Below are positions 20,397 through 29,523 of a stretch of DNA of 32,000 nucleotides, one piece after another. The notes under the pieces were generated by a model, which had not been told where the DNA came from, made no database searches, and saw only the letters and a program-made list of their open reading frames with translations. Positions within the stretch are counted from its first letter, which is position 1, and each line of letters begins with the position of its first letter. Origin of the DNA: Demequinaceae bacterium (GTDB lineage: Bacteria; Actinomycetota; Actinomycetes; Actinomycetales; Demequinaceae); assembly GCA_965250005.1 (NCBI GenBank), contig OZ252279.1, positions 750,001 to 782,000 on the forward strand. Reading direction: 5' to 3'. The translations under genes and the position numbers were made by a program.

Positions 20397-21052
20397 ACTG
20401 ACGCCACGCCCGCCAATCCCTCCACGAGCGCTTGACCGATACCGCTCACCGCCGCCAACTCCGCCAGGCTTGCGAACGGACCGTGTGCCTCGCGGTAGCC
20501 GACGATGCGCTTCGCAAGCGCGGGGCCAATGCCCGGCAAGCGCTCAAGCTCTGACGCCGACGACCGATTGATGTTTACGCCCGCGGTTGATTCTTCCCCG
20601 ACAACGGGCACATAGATCTGCTCCCCGTCCTGGACGACCCGCGCTAAGTTGATGGCGTTCGTCGCGGATTCCGGAAGCGTGCCTCCAGCCGCATCGATCG
20701 CGTCCTCAACCCTTGCTCCCGATGTCAGGCGCACCACACCGGGCTCGGCCACCGCGCCCGCGACGTGGACGACCACCTCGCCGCCGTCCAACAGTTCTGG
20801 TGCCGCATACACGGGACCGACCGACTCCACCGGCGTGGCTGCCCCCGATGGCCTCAGCGCGAACCCGGCAAGGAGCACCCCGAGCGCAAGCACGACGACC
20901 AGCGTCGCCGCCAACGAACGATCCATGCGCCATCTCACGCCGCGGGCTTCGGTTGGAACCGGGTTGCCGTGTGCCGCCTCGTAGGCACGGCTCGCTGCGC
21001 GCGCAACGCTGTCTCGCCACCGTGCCTGCACATCGCGCGCGTCGTCAGTCAT
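20393..21052 (-). CDS. comEA: ComEA-like helix-hairpin-helix DNA-binding protein
   Basis: SLBB-like VVVHVAGAVAEPGVVRL...GARVEDAIDAAGG and HhH region NINRSSASELERLPGIGPALAKRIVGYREAHGPFASLAELAAVSGIGQALVEGL. Start taken at MTDDARDVQ. Confidence 0.92.
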   Translation of the reverse strand: MTDDARDVQARWRDSVARAASRAYEAAHGNPVPTEARGVRWRMDRSLAATLVVVLALGVLLAGFALRPSGAATPVESVGPVYAAPELLDGGEVVVHVAGAVAEPGVVRLTSGARVEDAIDAAGGTLPESATNAINLARVVQDGEQIYVPVVGEESTAGVNINRSSASELERLPGIGPALAKRIVGYREAHGPFASLAELAAVSGIGQALVEGLAGVASV

Positions 21053-21147
21053 GGACAGAGAGTATGGCGAGCCACCTGTGCCGGAGCTCGCCCGCAGGTC
21101 GCCATCGACACGGCGCAACCGCGACGCGACCTGGGGACGCTGGCTGG

Positions 21148-22017
21148 CTAGTGCAGCTCGCGCGGTAAGTCGACCACGGCGGCAGCAAGCGTGCCCGGCC
21201 CCGTGTGAATGGCGAGAACAGCGCTCACCGGAGTCTTCACGGTCGTCACGATCTTGGCGTGCCTACCCTCGATTTCCCGAGCGGCGTCGTCGGCGTAATC
21301 CTGCGCTCCCAGTCCCATGATCGCAAGACCGGGGCGATCGAGTTTCTCGATGTGGCCCTCGGCGATCCGGGCGACCGCCGCGCGCGCCTTGAGTGTGGTC
21401 CGTACTCGCTCGACCAGTTCGACCTCACCCTCGCGGATCTCGAGCACGGGCCGAATACTCAGGGCCTCCCCGAGCGCAGCGAGTGGCCCGGACACCCGCC
21501 CGCCTCGCTTGAGGTATTCCAAGGTGTCGACGGTAAAGACGCAGATGCTCGAGTTCGATGCTCGCCGAACCTCAGCTGCCACCTCTGCTGCCGTCGCCCC
21601 GCCACGAGCGAGGGCGGCGCCGCTCAGCGCCGCGTAGCCCGTGGCCATGGCGAGCGTGCGCGAGTCCACCACGGTGACGGGAATCGGAGAGTCTTGAGCG
21701 GCTCGCGCGGCCCCGTTCACCGTGCCCGACATTTTGCCCGAAATGTGCACCGACACGATCGCCGTTGCCCCGGCATCGGCCGCCGCCTGATACGCCTCAA
21801 CGAACGCCCCGACACTTGGCTGCGAGGTGGTGACGTCCACCCCGGCTTCGAGCTCTGCCAGAACCTGACCCGGCTTCACGCTCACGCCCTCGGCGCGCGC
21901 CTCGCCGCCAGCGATGATCTGCAGCGGGACAACGCGCACACCCCACCGACGCGCGACCACCTCAGGGATGGACGCAGCTGAATCGGTGACCACGGCGACG
22001 GGTGCACTCATCCCCAC
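21148..22017 (-). CDS. DegV-family fatty-acid-binding-like protein
   Basis: VAVVTDSAASIPEVVARRWGVRVVPLQIIAGGEARAEGVSVKPGQVLAEL...TTSQPSVGAFVEAY...TVVDSRTLAMATGYAAL. Confidence 0.92.
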   Translation of the reverse strand: MGMSAPVAVVTDSAASIPEVVARRWGVRVVPLQIIAGGEARAEGVSVKPGQVLAELEAGVDVTTSQPSVGAFVEAYQAAADAGATAIVSVHISGKMSGTVNGAARAAQDSPIPVTVVDSRTLAMATGYAALSGAALARGGATAAEVAAEVRRASNSSICVFTVDTLEYLKRGGRVSGPLAALGEALSIRPVLEIREGEVELVERVRTTLKARAAVARIAEGHIEKLDRPGLAIMGLGAQDYADDAAREIEGRHAKIVTTVKTPVSAVLAIHTGPGTLAAAVVDLPRELH

Positions 22018-22139
22018 ACCCTAGCGGCGTCCGGAGCCCAATCCTGAAAACCGAACTAGACCGCCAGCAGGAACTCGTCTGGTATGCAGCCAAGGCGCCC
22101 GAATTGGTTCCGGGTCGCACCCGCTGCGATTGCCGGATC

Positions 22140-24638
22140 TTAGCCGGTGACGATATTGACGAGCTTGGGTGCTCGCACGATCACGGTGCGAATTGGGGCG
22201 TCGCCAACAGTACGCTTGGCGCCGTCGGTCGCGAGCGCGAGCTCCCGCAACTGGTCCTCGGAGATATCCGGGCTGACCTCGATCCGGTCGCGCACCTTGC
22301 CCATCACCTGGACTACGCACGTCACCGTTTCTTCCACGAGCAGCGCCTCATCCACTGTGGGCCAGCCGCCGCGCGCAACGTTCTCGTGTCCCAGCATGGA
22401 CCACATGTCCTCTGACACGTACGGGGAGAACATCGACAGCAAGATTGCGACGGCCTCGGCGGCCTCGCGCACCGCGGGATCTGCAGCGCCCACCCCCGAG
22501 TCGATCGCCTTGCGGGTGACGTTGACCAGCTCCATGACGCGAGCGACCACCACGTTGAAGCGGAAGCCTTCGAGCAGCATTTCGCACTCGTGGAGCGTCT
22601 TGTGCGTTGTCGAGCGCAGTGCGGAGTCGCCGGTCACGACATCCGCGCCTGGCTCGGACGCGACGTCACGCGCCAGTCGCCACGCACGGGCGAGAAACTT
22701 CGCGCTGCCTGTGGGCGACACATCCGCCCAGTCGATGTCATCCTCCGGTGGTCCGGCAAAGGCCATGGTGAGGCGAACGGCGTCCACTCCGTTCTCATCG
22801 AGCTGCTCGCTCAAACGCACCAAGTTTCCCTTGCCCTTCGACATCGCGGACCCGTCCATGCGAACCATGCCCTGGTTCAGCAAGCGCGTAAAGGGCTCCT
22901 CAAAGTCCACCATCCCCATGTCATGCAGCGCCTTGGTGAAGAAGCGGGCGTAGAGCAGGTGAAGGATCGCGTGGGTCACTCCCCCGACGTACTGATCGAC
23001 GGGGGCCCATCGGTTCGCCTCGGATGCGTCGAAGGGGCCGTCGTTCTTGGATGGGGACAAGTAGCGCAGAAAGTACCACGACGAGTCCACGAACGTGTCC
23101 ATGGTGTCCGTGTCCCGTTTCGCAGGCTTGCCGCAATCCGGGCACGTGGTGTTGACCCAATCCGTCGCGGCCGCGAGCGGCGATTGTCCCTTGGGCTTGA
23201 GGTCGAGCCCCTCGGCCGGCGGCAGTTCAACGGGAAGTTGATCGTCGGGGACGCGGACCTCGCCGCAGTCATCGCAATGGACGATCGGAATGGGCGTGCC
23301 CCAGTAGCGCTGGCGCGAGATGAGCCAGTCCCGCAGTCGGTAGTTAACGGCTGCCTTGCCCACGCCGTCGCCCTCGAGCTGCGCGATGATCTTGGCAATC
23401 GCTTCAACTTTGCCAAGGCCGTTGATCGGGCCGGAGTTAATGAGCGTGCCGTCTCCCGTGGTCGGGACACCCGACTCCGCGGGATCCGGGAGTGAGTTGC
23501 CCTGGTCGTCCTTGCAATCCAGGACCGCGCGAATGGGCAAACCCATCGCTCGCGCGAAGTCGATGTCGCGCTGGTCGTGCGCGGGGACGGCCATGATCGC
23601 GCCGTGACCGTAGTCCGCGAGCACGTAATCCGAAACCCAGATCGGAAGTTTTTCGCCATTGACGGGGTTGATTGCGTACCGCTTGAGGAAAATGCCGGTC
23701 TTCTCGCGGTCCGTGGCGAGGCGCTCGATCTCCGTCGCACCCTTCACGGTAGCGAGGTACTCGGTGAACGCGGCTTGTGTTTCCTCGTCCGCGTCTTCCA
23801 CGAGTTCCGCGGCAAGGTCGCTGTCCGCGGCGACCACCATGAACGTCGCCCCAAAGAGCGTGTCGGGACGGGTGGTGTAAATGTCGATGGGCTCATCGCG
23901 GCCCTCGATGACGAACGTGACATCTGAGCCTTCAGACCGGCCAATCCAGTTGCGCTGCATCGCCAGGACCTTGTCGGGCCACTTGCCCTCGAGAGTGTCG
24001 AGATCGTTCAATAAACGATCGCCGTAGTCGGTGATCTTGAAGTACCACTGCGTAAGCTTCTTCTTGGTCACCGGAGTCTCACAGCGCTCGCATCGGCCAT
24101 CCACAACCTGCTCGTTCGCAAGAACCGTCTGATCCTTAGGACACCAGTTGACTTGGCTCGGCTTGCGGTAGGCGAGGCCGCGCTCATGTAGGCGCGTGAA
24201 GATCCACTGGTTCCAGCGGTAGTACTCGGGGCGGTGGGTCGCGAGCACGCGGTCCCAGTCAAACGAGCACGCATAACGCTCCATCGAGCTGCGCTGCTGG
24301 GCGATGTTGTCCTCTGTCCAGCCGCGCGGGTCCAGGTCACGTTTGATCGCCGCGTTCTCTGCTGGAAGGCCGAACGAGTCCCAACCGATGGGATGCAGGA
24401 CGTTGAAGCCGCGCTGCACCCAGTACCGCGAGATTACGTCACCAAGCGCGTACGCCTCTGCGTGACCCATGTGCAGGTCGCCTGACGGGTACGGGAACAT
24501 GTCGAGCACATACTTCTCGGGACGCGTGTCATCGGCGTTGCCGCTGCGAAACGGCTGCGTCTCCTGCCACACCGGCTGCCACTTGTCCTCGAGCGCGCGA
24601 AAGTCGTAGCGGTCGTCTTCTGTCGTCTCGTTGGTCAC
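22140..24638 (-). CDS. leuS: Leucyl-tRNA synthetase
   Basis: [53 protein letters not shown] (HIGH-type motif), the editing domain, and [15 protein letters not shown] at the KMSKS position. Confidence 0.97.
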   Translation of the reverse strand: MTNETTEDDRYDFRALEDKWQPVWQETQPFRSGNADDTRPEKYVLDMFPYPSGDLHMGHAEAYALGDVISRYWVQRGFNVLHPIGWDSFGLPAENAAIKRDLDPRGWTEDNIAQQRSSMERYACSFDWDRVLATHRPEYYRWNQWIFTRLHERGLAYRKPSQVNWCPKDQTVLANEQVVDGRCERCETPVTKKKLTQWYFKITDYGDRLLNDLDTLEGKWPDKVLAMQRNWIGRSEGSDVTFVIEGRDEPIDIYTTRPDTLFGATFMVVAADSDLAAELVEDADEETQAAFTEYLATVKGATEIERLATDREKTGIFLKRYAINPVNGEKLPIWVSDYVLADYGHGAIMAVPAHDQRDIDFARAMGLPIRAVLDCKDDQGNSLPDPAESGVPTTGDGTLINSGPINGLGKVEAIAKIIAQLEGDGVGKAAVNYRLRDWLISRQRYWGTPIPIVHCDDCGEVRVPDDQLPVELPPAEGLDLKPKGQSPLAAATDWVNTTCPDCGKPAKRDTDTMDTFVDSSWYFLRYLSPSKNDGPFDASEANRWAPVDQYVGGVTHAILHLLYARFFTKALHDMGMVDFEEPFTRLLNQGMVRMDGSAMSKGKGNLVRLSEQLDENGVDAVRLTMAFAGPPEDDIDWADVSPTGSAKFLARAWRLARDVASEPGADVVTGDSALRSTTHKTLHECEMLLEGFRFNVVVARVMELVNVTRKAIDSGVGAADPAVREAAEAVAILLSMFSPYVSEDMWSMLGHENVARGGWPTVDEALLVEETVTCVVQVMGKVRDRIEVSPDISEDQLRELALATDGAKRTVGDAPIRTVIVRAPKLVNIVTG

Positions 24639-24929
24639 GGCGCGATTTTACCGGCCCGCGCGCCGGTCGCCTAAACGAGGGCGCCCGCTGTGAGCCGCGG
24701 TGTCCCTCTCACGAGCAATGCCGTGGACGGTGGCGGCGCAGAGCCCAGTGGTCGCCGGGTTCCCCAGCCTCACGTCGGAGCCAACTTTCCTGACCTGTTT
24801 GACGGCGTACCGCGGGCCGTCCGAGTCAGTCGGGCGGGTTTCGGCCGGCCGCGGCAAGCTTCTTCGCTTGCGCGCCACGAGTGCTCGTGGAGCGAGCATC
24901 TTCCGCGCACGCGTCGGTAAAGTGGCGAC

Positions 24930-25703
24930 ATGACAAGCGCCCCCATATCCCCCCGTCGGAACGCTGAATCGCCCCAAAGCGGTACTCGCGCGCTCGCCGG
25001 AGCCGTGGGTTTGGCACTCTTAGCCGCTGCCACAGGGTGCAGCGCATCAGAGGGCGAGTCAATCACGATTGGGGTTGCCTCCTCCCTCGCCGACGTGGCG
25101 CCGATACTGGCCGATGCGTTTGAGCATGAGAATCCCGGTCAAACCGTCGATATCACTGTTGCCGGAAGCGCGACGCTGGTAAGTCAGTCGGTGGCGGGGG
25201 CCCCCTATGACGCGATCGTGGTCGCCGACGAGCATTCTCTAATCCAACTGCAGGCCGACGGGCTGATCGTCGATTCCCTCGCGATCGCCTCGAACTCGGT
25301 TGTACTCGCGTCCGCAGAACAGCCCGCGCCGGGCGCAGGCGTAAGCGACCAGTGGCTCATTGCCGCGTGCACCGCACACCAGCCCTGCGGGCGCGGTGCG
25401 GACGCGCTGACTCACACCGCCTACTATCCGCTGGAGTTCGACATCTTGCTCAGCGACGCTCGCGCGGTCACATACGCCATCACCAGCGGCGAAGCCGATG
25501 CGGGAATCGTGTACGCAACCAACGCCAAAGCCGCGCAACTCTGGGTGATATTCGCGCCGGCGCTGGACCCGTTTGTCGTCGTGGGCGCGACGCTCCGGGA
25601 CGACCCTGGCGCCGCGATGTTTCTGGACTTTCTCGCCTCCCAGTCCGCCGCGGAGATTCTCGAGCAAGCTGGGTTCGCCGCCCCGGATGGCGCAGGCTTC
25701 TGA
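24930..25703 (+). CDS. modA: Molybdate ABC transporter substrate-binding lipoprotein
   Basis: Lipoprotein signal LALLAAATGCSASEG; ITIGVASSLADVAPILADAFEHENPGQTVDITVAGSATLVSQSVAGAPYDAIVVADE; ITSGEADAGIVYATNA. Confidence 0.88.
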   Translation: MTSAPISPRRNAESPQSGTRALAGAVGLALLAAATGCSASEGESITIGVASSLADVAPILADAFEHENPGQTVDITVAGSATLVSQSVAGAPYDAIVVADEHSLIQLQADGLIVDSLAIASNSVVLASAEQPAPGAGVSDQWLIAACTAHQPCGRGADALTHTAYYPLEFDILLSDARAVTYAITSGEADAGIVYATNAKAAQLWVIFAPALDPFVVVGATLRDDPGAAMFLDFLASQSAAEILEQAGFAAPDGAGF

Positions 25704-26512
25704 TGAGGCGCCTGCCGGTCGTCGTTCTGGTCGCCGCGTCGGTCGCGGCGGCGATGATCGCCGTTCCGCTTCTGAGTTTGGTCGCGCGCGTCGAGTGGTC
25801 AGGCGCGTGGGCCGCCGTCTCATCGGCGCCGTCGCGTGAGGCGATCGCTTTGTCGCTGGTGACGGCGAGCGTCGCGACGCTCGTGGTGTTGGTGCTGGGC
25901 GTTCCTCTGGCGTCCGTGCTCGCTAGGATTCCGGGGCGCGCGGCCCATTGGTCGCGGGCCGTCATTCTTCTTCCGCTCGTGCTTCCCCCCGTGGTTGGTG
26001 GCGTCGCCCTGCTCGCCGCGTTCGGCAGGCAGGGCCTTATTGGCGAGTGGCTCGAGTCCACGTGGGGCGTCACGGTCGCGTTTACGCCAGTAGCCGTCGT
26101 CCTCGCGCAGGTGTTTGTAGCCCTACCGTTTCTCGTAGTAAGCGTCGAGGGCGCTTTGCGGACTCACGCGCACGCACTGGGGGACGCGGCAGCGACGCTG
26201 GGCGCTCGGCCGTGGCAGCAATGGTGGAAAGTCGCCCTGCCTGCGGCGCGGCCCGGAATCGCTGCGGGACTCGCGCTGGCGTGGGCACGGGCGCTGGGCG
26301 AATTCGGCGCGACCATCACGTTCGCCGGAGGCTTCCCGGGCCGCACCGCGACCGTGCCCGTGACGATCTACGAAACACTCCAGCACGACGCCCCCGCGGC
26401 CATCATGCTTGCCACGGTCATGATGGTGGTAAACGTCGCGATTCTCGCGCTCCTGCGCCACCGTTGGCTGACGGGCGGCGCTCTTGAGGGCCGCCCCGGT
26501 TCACGCTCCTAA
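25703..26512 (+). CDS. modB: Molybdate ABC transporter permease
   Basis: LPLVLPPVVGGVALLAAFG and the EAA-type loop DAAATLGARPWQQWWKVALPAARPGIAAGLALAWARALGEFGATITFAG. The ATG overlaps the modA TGA (TGATG). Confidence 0.9.
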   Translation: MRRLPVVVLVAASVAAAMIAVPLLSLVARVEWSGAWAAVSSAPSREAIALSLVTASVATLVVLVLGVPLASVLARIPGRAAHWSRAVILLPLVLPPVVGGVALLAAFGRQGLIGEWLESTWGVTVAFTPVAVVLAQVFVALPFLVVSVEGALRTHAHALGDAAATLGARPWQQWWKVALPAARPGIAAGLALAWARALGEFGATITFAGGFPGRTATVPVTIYETLQHDAPAAIMLATVMMVVNVAILALLRHRWLTGGALEGRPGSRS

Positions 26513-26528
26513 CCGCCGCCCAGAGACC

Positions 26529-26565
26529 GAAGCGCCGTCAGCCCGGTGCGGGCTGACGGCGCTTC
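26529..26565. terminator. Bidirectional terminator hairpin between convergent modB and narK
   Basis: GAAGCGCCGTCAGCCCG-GTG-CGGGCTGACGGCGCTTC, a perfect 17-bp stem with a 3-nt loop. Confidence 0.9.
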
Positions 26566-26599
26566 GTATTTCAATCGGAATCCTTCGATCTGAGCCGTG

Positions 26600-27955
26600 C
26601 TATGACCGCTTCTCTGCATTCTTGCGCGAGTAGTACCACCACGTGATGATCACGCCGGCGAGCGCGAGCGTCGCCCACCCGATGAAGAAGTTCACCGGAT
26701 CTGTGGACGCGAAGATCACACCGAAGACGAACGGACCAAACGCCGCGATGGCTGACGTCCAGCCGATCACGCCGCCAGCCTGGCGACGCTCGAAGATCAT
26801 GGGCATTTGCTTGAACGTGCTGGCGTTACCCACGCCCGCGAAGAAGAAGATCGCGAGCATGCCCCACAGGAATAGCGGGAACTGATCGACCGAGTCGGGG
26901 CTGAGCTGGAAAGCAGTGAAGATGCTCGCGCCCGCGATTCCGGCGGTAGCCAGCATGGTCACACGCGCGCCGCCCAGCTTGTCGGCGACAGGACCGGCTG
27001 CGACCCGCGCCGCCGACCCGACGAGCGCTCCGAGGAACGCGTAGCTGACCGCGTTGATGCCGTCGTTTCCGAATACGTCGCTGCCGTAGATGTTCTTGAT
27101 CAGCAGGCCGAACGTTGCGGCGAAGCCGGCAAACGTGCCGAAGGTGATCACGTACAGCACCGTCATCAGCCACGTGTGCTTGTTCTGGAAGATGTCGAAC
27201 TGATCGCGCACCTTGTTGACCTGGACGGGAATACTGCGGAGCAGTTTCCACGCGAGGAAGGCGCCCACGAGCACGAACGGCACCCAGAAGAAGCCCGCGT
27301 TCTGGTACCAGACCTCCTTGTCGATGCCTTTGTCGACGTTGATGAACCGCTGCGAGGCGCCCATGGTGCCACCGACGAGCGCGAACGTCACGAGCATCGG
27401 CGTGAAGAACTGGACCAGCGAGACGCCGAAGTTTCCGATACCGGCCTGCAGCCCCAGGGCCACGCCCTGCTTGGATTTGGGGAAGAAGTAGGACGTGCTC
27501 GGCATGAAGCCAGAGAACGCGCCTCCACCGATGCCCGACAGGAAGCTCAGGGAAAGCAGGACTACGTAGGGCGTGTTGGCGTCTTGGACCGCAATTCCCC
27601 AGCCCACTAGCGGCAGCAGCAGCAGCGCGGTGGTGATCCACACCAGCTTGCGCGTTCCAATCACCGGAGGCAGGAAGGTCCAAATCAGCCGCAGTCCTCC
27701 ACCGGCGAGGCCGAACAGCGCGACCAACCAGTAGAGCTGCGTCTTGCTGAGGTCGAACCCGATCGAGTTGAGGATGGGCGCGAGCGCGGATACGAGGAAC
27801 CACGCGATGAACGCGAGAACCAGGTTGAACGTGGTGATCCACAGGGTCTTCCACGCGAGATTGGAGTCCCAGGTCTTTGCCTCGGGATCCCACTTATCGA
27901 GCCAGTCTTTTCCCTTGGGTGCGGGCGCTGGGGGCGCCGTCTTCTTGGTAGCCAT
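26600..27955 (-). CDS. narK: NarK-family nitrate/nitrite MFS transporter (downstream copy)
   Basis: Twelve-TM-like profile with the nitrate signature-like segments LSFLSGIGGGAFSGFMPSTSYFFPKSKQGVALGLQAGIGNFGVSLVQF and AGVGNASTFKQMPMIF. Confidence 0.9.
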   Translation of the reverse strand: MATKKTAPPAPAPKGKDWLDKWDPEAKTWDSNLAWKTLWITTFNLVLAFIAWFLVSALAPILNSIGFDLSKTQLYWLVALFGLAGGGLRLIWTFLPPVIGTRKLVWITTALLLLPLVGWGIAVQDANTPYVVLLSLSFLSGIGGGAFSGFMPSTSYFFPKSKQGVALGLQAGIGNFGVSLVQFFTPMLVTFALVGGTMGASQRFINVDKGIDKEVWYQNAGFFWVPFVLVGAFLAWKLLRSIPVQVNKVRDQFDIFQNKHTWLMTVLYVITFGTFAGFAATFGLLIKNIYGSDVFGNDGINAVSYAFLGALVGSAARVAAGPVADKLGGARVTMLATAGIAGASIFTAFQLSPDSVDQFPLFLWGMLAIFFFAGVGNASTFKQMPMIFERRQAGGVIGWTSAIAAFGPFVFGVIFASTDPVNFFIGWATLALAGVIITWWYYSRKNAEKRS

Positions 27956-27958
27956 GAA

Positions 27959-29398
27959 CTAGCTCCCTGCTTTCTGAGACGCCTTGCGCGTCGTTGCCTT
28001 CTTGGCCGGCGCGGTTGCGCTGGCATCTTCATGCTCAAACTTGTGCTCCAGTGTCGGGCTCGCCTCGTGCAGCACCTTGACCACCGTGACGTGCATCCAT
28101 ATTGCCGCCACCAACGTGAGCAGGAACAGCACGAAGAACGTTGCCTGGGGCATGCCACTGAAGCGCTCCGCGTACGCGAAGGCGGGCGGCAGGAAGAAGC
28201 CACCGAGCGCGCCGAGCGACCCGACGAGGCCCCCAACAGCGCCAACGTCCTTGGGGAAGTACTCGGGAATGTGTTTGTAAACGGCCGCCTTGCCGATGCC
28301 CATCGAGCAACCGATGAAGAACACAAGAATGGTGAAGAACACCACGCCCACACTCCAGGGAAGGACCTCGTTGGTGCTGCCGTCGCCCAGTTCTATCGTG
28401 ATGAACCCGTACGGCATCATCAGGATGCCGCTCGCGAGCAGCATGACGCCGAACGTGGCGTACATGACGCGGCGGGCGCCTAGCTTGTCGGAGAAGTAGC
28501 CGCCCACGGGGCGTAGCAGCGACGCGGGGAAGATGAACAGCGCCGTGAGCAGCGCGGCGTTCTTGAGTTCGAGTCCGTAGTTGTCCACGTAGTACTTGGG
28601 CAGCCACGAAGAGAGCGCGACGTATGCGCCGAACACCACCGCGTAGTAGAGGCTGAACCGCCAGACGCGAACCTGCTTGAGCGGCCGCAGCATGTCCTTG
28701 AGGGCGCGGTCCTTGCCGGGCTTGTGGTCCTGGCGAGGAGCGACCAACCACGTCACCGCCGCCATGATGAGCAACAGCACGCCGTAGATGAACGGGACCG
28801 AGCGCCAGCCACCGGGGACGACGCCGCCAAGCAGCCCCGCGACGGGAACGGCTCCGATCATCCACGGGCCGATGAACTTGGTGACCGATGCGCCCACATT
28901 TCCGGCACCGAACACGCCGAGCGCGAGGCCCTGGCGACTCTGCGGCCACCACGCGCTCACCCAGGCAATACCCGAGGTGAATGAGTTGCCGGCGAATCCG
29001 ACCAGGAACGCGTAGACGATGAGGACGGCGTAGGAGGTCGCGTCTACTGGCGTCGCGTACGCGATGAGGAAGGCTGGAATAGCGGTGAAGAGGAGCATCG
29101 CGGTGGAGACCACGCGTCCGCCCCAGCGGTCGGCGGCGAGCCCAGCGGGCAGACGCCAGATCGAGCCGTTGAGGATGGCAACGGCCGTGAGCCACGAGAA
29201 CTGGACGTCGGTGAGGCCAAACTCGTCCCGGATGGAGATTCCGAGCACGCCGAACATCAACCAAACGGCGAACATCAGCGTGAACCCTGTGGTGGCGATC
29301 GAGAGGACGCGCCCGCGCCCGCTCTCGGTATCCGCAGCGTTGGGCCCAACCCTCTTGAGCTCCGGTCGATTGGTTTTTGACGTCTTTGGGGCTGCCAT
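27959..29398 (-). CDS. narK: NarK-family nitrate/nitrite MFS transporter (upstream copy)
   Basis: AFLVGFAGNSFTSGIAWVSAWWPQSRQGLALGVFGAGNVGASVTKFIGPW and GCSMGIGKAAVYKHIPEYFPKDVGAVGGLVGSLGALGGFFLP. RBS AAGGAGG is 8 nt upstream of ATG 29398; the ORF-track start at 29629 crosses the divergent gene. Confidence 0.92.
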   Translation of the reverse strand: MAAPKTSKTNRPELKRVGPNAADTESGRGRVLSIATTGFTLMFAVWLMFGVLGISIRDEFGLTDVQFSWLTAVAILNGSIWRLPAGLAADRWGGRVVSTAMLLFTAIPAFLIAYATPVDATSYAVLIVYAFLVGFAGNSFTSGIAWVSAWWPQSRQGLALGVFGAGNVGASVTKFIGPWMIGAVPVAGLLGGVVPGGWRSVPFIYGVLLLIMAAVTWLVAPRQDHKPGKDRALKDMLRPLKQVRVWRFSLYYAVVFGAYVALSSWLPKYYVDNYGLELKNAALLTALFIFPASLLRPVGGYFSDKLGARRVMYATFGVMLLASGILMMPYGFITIELGDGSTNEVLPWSVGVVFFTILVFFIGCSMGIGKAAVYKHIPEYFPKDVGAVGGLVGSLGALGGFFLPPAFAYAERFSGMPQATFFVLFLLTLVAAIWMHVTVVKVLHEASPTLEHKFEHEDASATAPAKKATTRKASQKAGS

Positions 29399-29434
29399 TC
29401 CGTGGTCCTCCTTAGAACCTGTCATCTTGTTTAG

Positions 29435-29454
29435 ATGTGTCTCAGAGTACACAT
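29435..29454. promoter_or_regulatory. Operator-like dyad in the narK/regulator-narG divergent intergenic region
   Basis: ATGTGT-CTCAGAGT-ACACAT has perfect 6-bp inverted arms. It overlaps a candidate minus-strand -10 (TACTCT, 29449-29444) that has a TTGCAA -35-like hexamer 16 nt upstream (29471-29466). Confidence 0.45.
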
Positions 29455-29523
29455 TTTTCCACAGGTTGCAATACTCACCGTGTTTATTCACATTTGACGT
29501 CTCTATGTGGTAGAAAAGCGAGT

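Noticed and set aside
22590-23495. 301-aa plus-strand ORF antisense to leuS
   Set aside because: Low-complexity Arg/Gly/Val-rich translation opposite conserved LeuS motifs; shadow ORF.
24640-24930. Possible T-box or leucine leader peptide for leuS
   Set aside because: No T-box-like NNUGGNACC element and no Leu-codon-rich short ORF comparable to the leuA leader; the hairpins alone are not diagnostic.
26826-27893. 355-aa minus-strand ORF inside narK
   Set aside because: Out-of-frame same-strand shadow of a conserved MFS gene; Arg/Pro/Gly-rich with no plausible domain.
28035-29264. 409-aa minus-strand ORF inside the upstream narK
   Set aside because: Alternative-frame shadow; the overlapping frame encodes an unambiguous NarK protein.
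29455-29463. DnaA-box-like TTTTCCACA in the nar intergenic region
   Set aside because: A single one-mismatch 9-mer with no cluster of boxes; likely chance.
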